Positions 1 to 7,839 of a stretch of DNA of 64,000 nt are shown here, piece after piece; position 1 is the stretch's first letter; each line of letters starts with the position of its first letter. The notes beneath the pieces are model-generated. The model was not told the DNA's origin and made no database searches. It saw only the letters and a program-made list of their open reading frames with translations. The translations under genes and the position numbers were made by a program. Source of the DNA: an uncultured delta proteobacterium (GTDB taxonomy: Bacteria > Myxococcota_A > Polyangia > Polyangiales > JAFGIB01); assembly GCA_963778655.1 (NCBI GenBank), contig CAVZVA010000005.1, positions 224,001-288,000 on the forward strand. The letters run 5' to 3'.

Positions 1-1020
1 GATCGCGGCGGGCCACAGCGCCTCGCGGCCGCGCTCGACGTCGCGCAGCAGCAGCGCGACCGCGCCCGCCAGCGCGGCCACCGGCGCGAGCGCGACCTTG
101 TGGCCGTAGCGCGACATGAACAGGGTGAGCGCGCCGTAGCTGAACGCGATCCACAGCACCAGCAGCAGGCGCAGGCGCCGCTCGGGGTCCTGTCGTTCGG
201 GCGGGGCGTTGGGCAGGAGCGGCAAGCGCGCCAGCGCTAGCGGCAGCAGCACGCTCCACGGCGCGAAGGCGTGGAACACGCGCTCGAGCTCCGCGTCGAA
301 GCTCGGCGGCTGGCCGCCTTCGGGCGAGCCGCCCAGCCACACGCTGAAGCCCGCTGCGTCGTTTGCGATGTCGCGCGCCACCAGCGCGCCCAGCAGCAGC
401 AGCGCACCCAGGAGCACGCGCGCGGCCAGCGGGTCGGCGCCGTCGTCGGCCTTGCCGCGTAGGCGGCCCTCGAGCGCGGCCACGATCACCACCGCCGCCA
501 GCGGCGGCAGCACGCACAGCAGCGCGCCCCGGGCCCAGGCGCCGGCCCCGCAGGCCAGCAACGCCGCGGCCAGCCAGCCCAGCCGCGCCGCCGCGCGGCC
601 CCGGCAAAACACCGCCATCGCCGCGCACAGCGCGATCGCGGTCTGCAGCGCGAACGCCGGCGCCTCGCCCAGCATGGTGCGCGCGTTGAAGATGAACAGC
701 GGGCTGGTGCCTGCGATCAGGACCGCGTAGATGCCGGCGCGGCGGTCCACGAAGCGCGCCACCAAGGCGTAGGTCAGCGCCACCATCGCTACGCCGCCGA
801 GCGCGATCGGCAGCCGCCCGCTCCACTCGTGCACGCCGAACAGCCGAAAACCCTGGCTGACCAGCCAGAAGCCGACGTGCGGCACTCGCACGCTCTCGCC
901 GGCGGCCAGGCGGCGCGCGGGCTCCGCAACCTCGACCTCCCACGGATCCCAGATACCAAAGCCGGAGAGCCGCACCAGCAGCAGGGCCGCCACCGCGGCG
1001 ATCGCCAGCAGTGGGCTCAA
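1..1020 (-). CDS. ArnT/PMT-like (GT39/GT83) membrane glycosyltransferase, 5' part; runs off the window's left edge
   Basis: Manual minus-strand translation gives LSPLLAIAAVAALLLVRLSGFGIWDPWEVEVAEPARRL...FGVHEWSGRLP...SPLFIFNAR, the WDPxE / FG-xE-x-xRLP pattern of this family, followed by many hydrophobic helices. Start uncertain (TTG 1020; frame open to 1176). Confidence 0.75.
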   Translation of the reverse strand, partial: MSPLLAIAAVAALLLVRLSGFGIWDPWEVEVAEPARRLAAGESVRVPHVGFWLVSQGFRLFGVHEWSGRLPIALGGVAMVALTYALVARFVDRRAGIYAVLIAGTSPLFIFNARTMLGEAPAFALQTAIALCAAMAVFCRGRAAARLGWLAAALLACGAGAWARGALLCVLPPLAAVVIVAALEGRLRGKADDGADPLAARVLLGALLLLGALVARDIANDAAGFSVWLGGSPEGGQPPSFDAELERVFHAFAPWSVLLPLALARLPLLPNAPPERQDPERRLRLLLVLWIAFSYGALTLFMSRYGHKVALAPVAALAGAVALLLRDVERGREALWPAAI

Positions 1021-1110
1021 GCGTTGTAGTCGGGTTCGGTCCAACGGGCCAACGTGCTCCTGGATCGGCGTCTGCGTTGCTGCAAGGAGGGCGCGCCCTC
1101 GCGGGTCAAG

Positions 1111-1225
1111 CGGTTGATGGCGCAGGGTTTCGGCCTCGTGGCAAGGCGCGCGGGCGCAGGAATACTCGACTGTATTTCAAGCCCGCGCAACACCGCCACG
1201 AGGTCGAAGGACGAGCCAGGAACCG
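1111..1225. repeat. Palindromic REP/MITE-like intergenic element, copy A
   Basis: Long imperfect hairpin (ttcggcctcgtggc 1129-1142 ... gccacgaggtcgaa 1195-1208). The reverse complement of 1150-1194 matches 61911-61955 at 40/45 nt. Confidence 0.75.
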
Positions 1226-1300
1226 GTCAAGTCCTCCGTGTCGAGACGGGCCGCAGGCCGTCTTGCAACCGCGCGCGCGGCATGCGCCCGCGGCCGCCGC

Positions 1301-2914
1301 TCACAGGTCCACCGAATCGTCGTGGAAGTCGTCGCTCTGCTGCGCGGCGGCGGGCGCGGGCGCCGGTGCGAGCGCGATCGCGGCCAGCTCGCGCTTGAGC
1401 GCCGCCACCTGATGCTTGAACTTGGGCAGCAGGCTGGCGGGCAACGGCTTGCCCGGGCCATTGAGCTGTGGGGCCGGGTCGATCAGGGTGCCACGGCGCT
1501 TGAGCGCGAAGTGCAGGTGCGGGCCGGTCGAGCGCCCGGTGGAGCCGACCGCGCCGATCGGTTGGCGCTGCTTGACGTGGACGCCGCGTTTGATGCCGCG
1601 CGCGATACGAGAGAGGTGCGCGTAGAAGGTCTCGAAGCCGCCACCGTGCTTGATCGCGATCAGGTTGCCGTTGGGCCCGCGGCGCCCGGCGAAGCTGACA
1701 ACGCCATCGGCCGCGGCCCACACCGTGGTCCCGGGCGCGGCGGCGTAGTCGATGCCCTGGTGCGGCATGATGCGCTTGAGGATCGGGTGGCGGCGGTGCA
1801 TGTCGAAGCCCGAGGAAATGTGGTCGTAGCGCAACGGCGTGCGCAGCCAGCCGCCGTGCAGCGCGCGTCCGTTCTCGTCGTAGAACTCGCCCTTGCCAGG
1901 CGAAGGCTCGAACCAGAACGCGCGCATCTCGCCGCGCGCCCCCTTGTACTCCAACGCGTGGACGCGGCTGTAGCCGAGCGAGTGGCCTTCGATGCGGTCC
2001 TCCTCCAGCAGGAGCTTGAAGCTGTCGCCCTGGCGCGCCTGCTTCTTGAAGTCGATCTTGCCCTCGAAGGCCTCGACGAACATGCCGGCGACCCCCGGGC
2101 CCAAGCCGAGCGCCTGCAGCGCCTGCCCGAGCGAGTCGGACAAATAGCCGCCCTTGGCTATGCGGTGATGCTCCACCTCGACGTGCACACGCGCGGCCTT
2201 GAAATGTCCGTCCGCCCCGCGCTCGGCGCGGTAGCGCTCGGTGATGCTCGCGCGGTATTCCAGCGCCAGCAGCGCGCCGCTGGGACTGCGCTCCAGCACC
2301 AGCTCGTCCTCGGGCTGCGCGTGCCGGAAGTCGACCAACTTGGCGAAGGCGGCGATCAGCGCGTCGGCGTCGGCGCCCGACGCGCCGGCCTTGACCAACG
2401 CGTCGCGAAAGCCCCGCGCCTGGCCGAACGGGCGCACGCTGCGGGTCGTGCCGGACGGACGCTGGGAAGCCGCCGCGGCGGCGGGCGGCTCGGCGGCAGG
2501 CTCCGCCGCGGCGGCCATTGCCGCCGGCTCGTTGCCCGCAGCGGCCAGCGCGATCGCGGGCTGCGGCGCCGGCGCATCGGGGGGCGCGGGCGCCGCGGCT
2601 TGCGCCGGCTTCGCAGCGCTTGCGGCCAGCGCGGGATCGAACGCTGGCTGCTCGCCGGTCGCCGGTGCACGCGGCCGCTCGCCCGGCCACGGCTCGTCGG
2701 TGATCGCGGCTTCCCCTTCGTGTACGAGCGAGCTCAACCAGGGCCGCGCCACGGTCAGCCCCAGCGCAGCGGCGACCAGCATCAGCCCCAGCACGGCCAC
2801 CATCGCCTGCCGCACGCGCAGCGCGCGCAGCTCGTGCGGTAAGAGCGCCATGTCGACCGAGGGCAACGGCCGGTGCTTTGGCGCGCCCGGGTCTGCGTCG
2901 TGCGGCTTCGCCAT
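1301..2914 (-). CDS. M23 family (MepM/NlpD-like) metallo-endopeptidase with N-terminal membrane anchor
   Basis: HQGIDY (HxxxD) and GPHLHF (HxH) zinc motifs, YAHLS, STGPH, and an N-terminal TM helix plus Pro/Ala linker. Start ATG 2914 is inferred. Confidence 0.9.
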   Translation of the reverse strand: MAKPHDADPGAPKHRPLPSVDMALLPHELRALRVRQAMVAVLGLMLVAAALGLTVARPWLSSLVHEGEAAITDEPWPGERPRAPATGEQPAFDPALAASAAKPAQAAAPAPPDAPAPQPAIALAAAGNEPAAMAAAAEPAAEPPAAAAASQRPSGTTRSVRPFGQARGFRDALVKAGASGADADALIAAFAKLVDFRHAQPEDELVLERSPSGALLALEYRASITERYRAERGADGHFKAARVHVEVEHHRIAKGGYLSDSLGQALQALGLGPGVAGMFVEAFEGKIDFKKQARQGDSFKLLLEEDRIEGHSLGYSRVHALEYKGARGEMRAFWFEPSPGKGEFYDENGRALHGGWLRTPLRYDHISSGFDMHRRHPILKRIMPHQGIDYAAAPGTTVWAAADGVVSFAGRRGPNGNLIAIKHGGGFETFYAHLSRIARGIKRGVHVKQRQPIGAVGSTGRSTGPHLHFALKRRGTLIDPAPQLNGPGKPLPASLLPKFKHQVAALKRELAAIALAPAPAPAAAQQSDDFHDDSVDL

Positions 2915-3053
2915 CGCGCGGATACCGATATCAACCCTGCTTCGGGCTTGCAAACGCACCGAATCGGCCGCGGACTGTCCGCGTTGGGCTCCGGTTCCCG
3001 GCCTTGACACCCCCCGGGCCGCAGACTACATGCCTGCACCTGGCTCACAGCCC

Positions 3054-3125
<72 letters not shown>

Positions 3126-3220
3126 CTGGGTTGCAACGCCCGGGCGGCGCCGCGTCGGAGCGCCGCGGACGTGGGCTTTGCGGACCGCGACACGTTGCAC
3201 GGCGACAAGCGTTACTAGTC

Positions 3221-5218
3221 ATGGCACAGAGCGGCGGCGTCGCGCCGAGCCCACGCAAGACCCCACGCGAGCTCCTCGAAGCCCAGGGGCGGCTGACGCC
3301 TGACGTGGTGGCGGTGCGCGCCGACGGCGTCGTGCGCGACCTCCACACGCAGGTGGCCGCGGACGCTCGGATCGAGCCGATCAAGCTCCACGACCCGGAC
3401 GCACTGGCCGTGATCCGCCATTCGACCGCGCACGTCATGGCCGACGCGGTGCAGCGGCTCTACCCCGGCACCAAGGTCACCTTCGGCCCCGCGATCGAGA
3501 ACGGCTTCTACTACGACTTCGACCGCCCCGACGGCCATTTCAGCGAGCAGGACTTCGAGCGCATCGAGGCCGCCATGCGCGAGGTGATCGCGGCCGACCT
3601 GCCGTTTCGCCGCGAGGTGGTCAGCAAGGACGACGCGCGCAAGCTGCTGCAGTCGATGGGCGAGACCTACAAAGTCGAGCACCTGGAGCGGCTGCAGGGC
3701 GAGATCTCGCTCTACCGCCACGGCAACTGGGTGGACCTGTGCGAGGGGCCGCACGTGCCGTCCACAGGCTTCCTGCGCGCGGTCAAGCTCACCTCGGTCG
3801 CGGGCGCGTACTGGCGCGGCGACGAGCGCAACCCGATGCTGCAGCGCATCTACGGCACCGCCTTCCCCTCGGAGAAGGAGCTGCGCGCCTACCTGCACGC
3901 CTTGGAGGAGGCGCGAAAGCGCGACCACCGCAAGCTCGGCAAGGAGCTCGAGCTGGTCGGTTTCCACCGCCTGGCGCCAGCCTCGCCCTTCTTCCTGCCG
4001 CGCGGCGCGGCCATCTACAACCGCCTGCTCGATTACGTGCGCGGCTTGTACCTGGAGCACGGCTATCAGGAGGTGATCACCCCGCAGATCTTCGAGCGCG
4101 AGCTGTTCGAGACCTCCGGCCACCTGCCGAGCTTCGCGCCCAACATGTTCTTCGCCGCGGGAATGGACAACCTCGAGGCGTTGGGGGCCGAGCTGAGCAA
4201 GGCCGCGCCCGGCGCAGACGCGCAGGCGTTGAGCGCGCGGCTCGAGCAGGGCATGCGTTACGCGGTCAAGCCGATGAACTGCCCCGGGCACTGCCTCATG
4301 TTCGGCATGACGCGGCGCAGCTACCGCGAGCTGCCGATGCGGCTGGCCGACTTCGGGCGCCTGCACCGCAACGAGCGCGCGGGCGTGGTCCAGGGGCTGA
4401 CCCGCGTGCGCACCATGTCGCAGGACGACGCCCACATCTTCTGCGCCCCCGAACAGATCCAGGCCGAAATCGTGGCCTTCCTCGACCTGGTGTACGCGGT
4501 CTATCGCGATTTCGACTTCAGCGACGTGCGCGTGGTGATCGCCACCAGGCCCGAGGACCGGCTGGGCACGGACGCGATGTGGGACCAGGCCGAGCAGGCG
4601 CTCAAGCTCGCGGTCGAGCAGCGCGGCCTGCCCTACGAGATCGCACCGGGCGAGGGTGCGTTCTACGGGCCGAAGATCGAGTTTCACCTCAAGGATGCGC
4701 TGGGCCGGCCCTGGCAGCTCGGCACCATCCAGGTGGACTTCAACATGCCCGAGCGTTTCGACCTGACGTTCATCGGCGAGGACAACGCCGCCCACCGCCC
4801 GGTGATGCTGCACCGCGCCGTGCTCGGGTCGGTCGAGCGCTTCTTCGGCGTGCTGGTCGAGCACGTGGGCGGCGCGTTTCCGACCTGGCTCTCGCCGGAG
4901 CAGGTGGCGGTCCTGACCGTCAGCGAAAAAGTCAATGATTACGCCGACGAAGTCGTGCGCGTGCTGCGCGAGGCGGGCGTGCGTGCGATCGCCGACACGT
5001 CCGCAGACAAGCTCGGCGCCAAGATCCGCAATGCCCGAAACATGCGGTTGCCCTACCTGGCGGTGCTCGGCCAGCGCGAGGCCGAGCAGCGCGGCGCCTC
5101 GGTGCGCTCGCGCGACGAGGACCGGGACCTCGGCTTCATGCCGCTGGACGCGCTGATCGCCCGGATTCGCGCCGAAGCGCTGCCGCTCTCCCGCCGCGGG
5201 GGGCAATCTAAGCTATGA
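3221..5218 (+). CDS. thrS: Threonine--tRNA ligase
   Basis: IRHSTAHVMA, GPAIENGFYYDF, DLCEGPH, AYWRGD, KRDHRKLG, KPMNCPGH, GAFYGPK, MLHRA motifs. ATG 3221 is chosen because the longer ORF overlaps the tRNA. Confidence 0.97.
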   Translation: MAQSGGVAPSPRKTPRELLEAQGRLTPDVVAVRADGVVRDLHTQVAADARIEPIKLHDPDALAVIRHSTAHVMADAVQRLYPGTKVTFGPAIENGFYYDFDRPDGHFSEQDFERIEAAMREVIAADLPFRREVVSKDDARKLLQSMGETYKVEHLERLQGEISLYRHGNWVDLCEGPHVPSTGFLRAVKLTSVAGAYWRGDERNPMLQRIYGTAFPSEKELRAYLHALEEARKRDHRKLGKELELVGFHRLAPASPFFLPRGAAIYNRLLDYVRGLYLEHGYQEVITPQIFERELFETSGHLPSFAPNMFFAAGMDNLEALGAELSKAAPGADAQALSARLEQGMRYAVKPMNCPGHCLMFGMTRRSYRELPMRLADFGRLHRNERAGVVQGLTRVRTMSQDDAHIFCAPEQIQAEIVAFLDLVYAVYRDFDFSDVRVVIATRPEDRLGTDAMWDQAEQALKLAVEQRGLPYEIAPGEGAFYGPKIEFHLKDALGRPWQLGTIQVDFNMPERFDLTFIGEDNAAHRPVMLHRAVLGSVERFFGVLVEHVGGAFPTWLSPEQVAVLTVSEKVNDYADEVVRVLREAGVRAIADTSADKLGAKIRNARNMRLPYLAVLGQREAEQRGASVRSRDEDRDLGFMPLDALIARIRAEALPLSRRGGQSKL

Positions 5219-5329
5219 CCAAGGTACGGCGCGCATCCACGCGCGGCCGGCGGCTCGGGCGCCTTCGATGGCGCGCGCGCCGCGACTCAAATGAGGGCAG
5301 CGTTGCCCTCGAACCGGAGGGAATCAGTC

Positions 5330-5974
5330 ATCGCAATTGGTAGGCCTTTCGATCGTGATAGAGACCGGGGCGGCGCGCAGGGACCGCGCATCAACCACCG
5401 TATTCGCGTGCCTCAAGTACGCGTGGTCAGCGCCGAGGGGGAGATGCTGGGCGTGCTCGACACGCCGGACGCACAGCGGCTCGCGCGCGAAGCCTCACTG
5501 GACCTGGTCGAGGTCAACCCCAAAGCCTTCCCGCCCGTGTGCAAGATCATGGACTTCGGGAAGTTCAAGTACGAGGAAAAGAAGCGCCAGGCCGAAGCCC
5601 GCAAGCGCCAGGCGACCGTCGAGCTCAAGGAGATCAAGCTGCGGCCCAAGACCGACGATCACGACATCGAGGTCAAGCTGCGGCACATCCTGCGCTTCCT
5701 GGGCGAGGGCGATAAGGTCAAGTGCACGGTGCGCTTCCGCGGGCGCGAGATCACCCACCCTGAGATGGCCGAGCGCCAGCTGCGGTTGATCGTGCAGCGT
5801 CTGGGCTCGAGCGCCACGGTCGAGGCGGAGCCGAAGATGGAAGGGCGCACCATGACCCTGCTGCTCGCGCCCCCCAAGGGCCTGGTCAGACCGCAACCCA
5901 AACCGGGCGCGCCCGCGGTGCCCCCCGCCGGGCACGCGGCGCCCCGCCAGGGCCCCACGGTCGAGCGGCGCTAG
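5330..5974 (+). CDS. infC: Translation initiation factor IF-3 with predicted AUC start and Pro/Ala-rich C-terminal extension
   Basis: RINHRIR, LDLVEVNP, PVCKIMDFGKFKY, KEIKLRP, RFRGRE. GGAGG at 5316-5320 lies 9 nt before an in-frame ATC at 5330. Confidence 0.93.
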   Translation: MAIGRPFDRDRDRGGAQGPRINHRIRVPQVRVVSAEGEMLGVLDTPDAQRLAREASLDLVEVNPKAFPPVCKIMDFGKFKYEEKKRQAEARKRQATVELKEIKLRPKTDDHDIEVKLRHILRFLGEGDKVKCTVRFRGREITHPEMAERQLRLIVQRLGSSATVEAEPKMEGRTMTLLLAPPKGLVRPQPKPGAPAVPPAGHAAPRQGPTVERR

Positions 5975-6061
5975 CCCGCAGTCAGGACGGGAGCGGTCCT
6001 GCTTCCCGGGCTTCTCCCGCTTTCGCTTGTCCCAGGCTTTCGCTTGTCCCAGGCCGTTGGC

Positions 6062-6090
6062 TTGACTTCCAGGGGCGCGGCTCCTAGAAC
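6062..6090 (+). promoter_or_regulatory. Putative sigma70-type promoter for rpmI-rplT
   Basis: TTGACT-N17-TAGAAC upstream of rpmI, preceded by a 17-bp tandem duplication gctttcgcttgtcccag (6019-6052). Confidence 0.5.
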
Positions 6091-6152
6091 TTCGCGCCTC
6101 TCCACGCTGTGCCGCGTACGCGCGGGCTCAGCGTAACCAAGGCGAGAAGAGC

Positions 6153-6353
6153 ATGCCCAAGAGCAAGACCCACCGCGCGACGGCCAAGCGCGTTCACGTC
6201 ACCGGCACCGGCCGGGTGCGTCGCGGCAAGTCCGGCGGCAACCATATGATGCGCGGCAAGGCTGCGCGCCGCCTGCGCCGGCTGCGCAAGAACGACATGG
6301 TCGACAGCACCGACCAGAAGCGCTTCAAGCGGCTGCTTCCCTACGGATTCTAG
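6153..6353 (+). CDS. rpmI: 50S ribosomal protein L35
   Basis: MPKSKTHRATAKR...TGTG...H; position between infC and rplT. Confidence 0.95.
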   Translation: MPKSKTHRATAKRVHVTGTGRVRRGKSGGNHMMRGKAARRLRRLRKNDMVDSTDQKRFKRLLPYGF

Positions 6354-6367
6354 GCAGGAGCAGAGCT

Positions 6368-6715
6368 ATGCCGCGCGCAAAACGAGGATTCAAGGCCCGC
6401 CGCCGACGCAACCGCGTGCTCAAGCACGCCAAGGGCTTCTACAGCGCCCGCAGCCGCCTGTTCGGCGCTGCGGTGGAGCAGGTGCACAACGCCTGGGCCG
6501 ATGCCTTCGGGCACCGGCGGCGCAAGAAGCGTGACTTCCGGCGGCTGTGGATCACGCGCATCAGCGCGGCTGCGAAGCTCAACGGAACCAGCTACAGCAA
6601 GCTGGTGGGCGCGTTGCGACGCTCGGGCATCGAGCTCGACCGCAAGATTCTGGCCGAGATCGCGGTCAGCGACCCGGGCGGGTTCAAAGCGGTTCTCGAC
6701 GCGGCCGGCCGTTGA
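6368..6715 (+). CDS. rplT: 50S ribosomal protein L20
   Basis: MPRAKRG, AKGF, KKRDFRRLWITRI, LDRKILAEIA. Confidence 0.97.
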   Translation: MPRAKRGFKARRRRNRVLKHAKGFYSARSRLFGAAVEQVHNAWADAFGHRRRKKRDFRRLWITRISAAAKLNGTSYSKLVGALRRSGIELDRKILAEIAVSDPGGFKAVLDAAGR

Positions 6716-6748
6716 AATGTGTGAGCCTCCGCCGCGGGTGATGCACCC

Positions 6749-7825
6749 ATGGACGAGGTGACCGCGTTCGAAGCGGTGCTGGAGCGCTGCGCGGGCGAGT
6801 ACCGGGCGGCGTTCGCCGCCGCCGACGACGAGCACGCGCTGCGCGAGCACAACGCGCGGCTGGTCGGGCCCGCGGGCGAGCTGACCCGGGCGATGAAGCG
6901 CATGCCCCAGTTGCCCGCCGAGCGCAGGCGCGACCTCGGCCGGCGCGCCAACCAGCTCAAGGACGAGATCCAGCGCGCGTTCCAGGAGCGGCTCGACGCG
7001 CTCACCCAGGCGCGGCGTCAGGCCGAGCTGTCGGGCCCGCACCTAGACGTCACGCTGCCCGCTCGCGGCCGCGTGCCCGGACGCCTGCACCCACTCAGCC
7101 GCGTCAAGCACGAGCTGATCGACATTTTCGTGGCGATGGGCTTCGACGTCGCCGACGGCCCCGAAGTCGATCTGTACGAGCACAACTTCGACAAGCTCGG
7201 TTTTCCCAGGGACCACCCCGCCACCGACATGCAGGACACCTTCTTCGTGGCCGGCGCAGATGGGGGCGCGCCCGAGCGCAGCGTGCTGCTGCGCACGCAC
7301 ACCTCCACCGTGCAGGTCCGCGAGATGCTGCGGCGCAAGCCACCGCTGGCGGTGGTGTCGGCCGGTGCGACCTTCCGCCGCGATGACGACGCCACCCACT
7401 CGCCGATGTTCACGCAGCTCGAGGGCTTCATCGTCGACGAGGGCGTGAGCTTCGCGCACCTCAAGGGAGTGCTGACCCATTTCCTGGGTCGCCTGTTCGG
7501 CAGCGAGGCGCCGGTGCGCTTCCGCCCGAGCTACTTTCCGTTCGTCGAGCCGGGCGGCGAGGTCGACATCGGCTGCACCATCTGCCGTCGCTGGGAACGC
7601 AGCGGCGCGCCCGACTGCCGCGTGTGCAAGAACACCGGCTTCATCGAGATCCTTGGCTGCGGGATGATCCATCCGGTGGTGCTGGAGCATGTCAGCTACG
7701 ACGCGGAGCGTTACACCGGCTTCGCGTTCGGGCTCGGCATCGAGCGCGTGGCCATGCTGAAGTACGGCATCCCCCACGTCAGCCTGCTCTACGCCAACGA
7801 TCCGCGTTTCTTGCAGCAGCTCTGA
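6749..7825 (+). CDS. pheS: Phenylalanine--tRNA ligase alpha subunit
   Basis: HPATDMQDTFF, LRTHTS, THSPMFTQLEG, RPSYFPFVEP, GFAFGLGIER; CxxC...CxxC insertion. Confidence 0.97.
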   Translation: MDEVTAFEAVLERCAGEYRAAFAAADDEHALREHNARLVGPAGELTRAMKRMPQLPAERRRDLGRRANQLKDEIQRAFQERLDALTQARRQAELSGPHLDVTLPARGRVPGRLHPLSRVKHELIDIFVAMGFDVADGPEVDLYEHNFDKLGFPRDHPATDMQDTFFVAGADGGAPERSVLLRTHTSTVQVREMLRRKPPLAVVSAGATFRRDDDATHSPMFTQLEGFIVDEGVSFAHLKGVLTHFLGRLFGSEAPVRFRPSYFPFVEPGGEVDIGCTICRRWERSGAPDCRVCKNTGFIEILGCGMIHPVVLEHVSYDAERYTGFAFGLGIERVAMLKYGIPHVSLLYANDPRFLQQL

Positions 7826-7839
7826 GGGCCAAACCCAGC

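Noticed and set aside
3004..3032. Sigma70 promoter for tRNA-Val/thrS
   Set aside because: TTGACA is perfect, but the -10 at canonical spacing (TACATG) is weak, so it is not reported as a feature.
3215..5206. Long antisense ORFs (also 18375-20807, 24073-25842, 27927-29807, 29898-33308)
   Set aside because: These are shadow ORFs opposite well-supported genes, expected in high-GC DNA, with no recognisable motifs.
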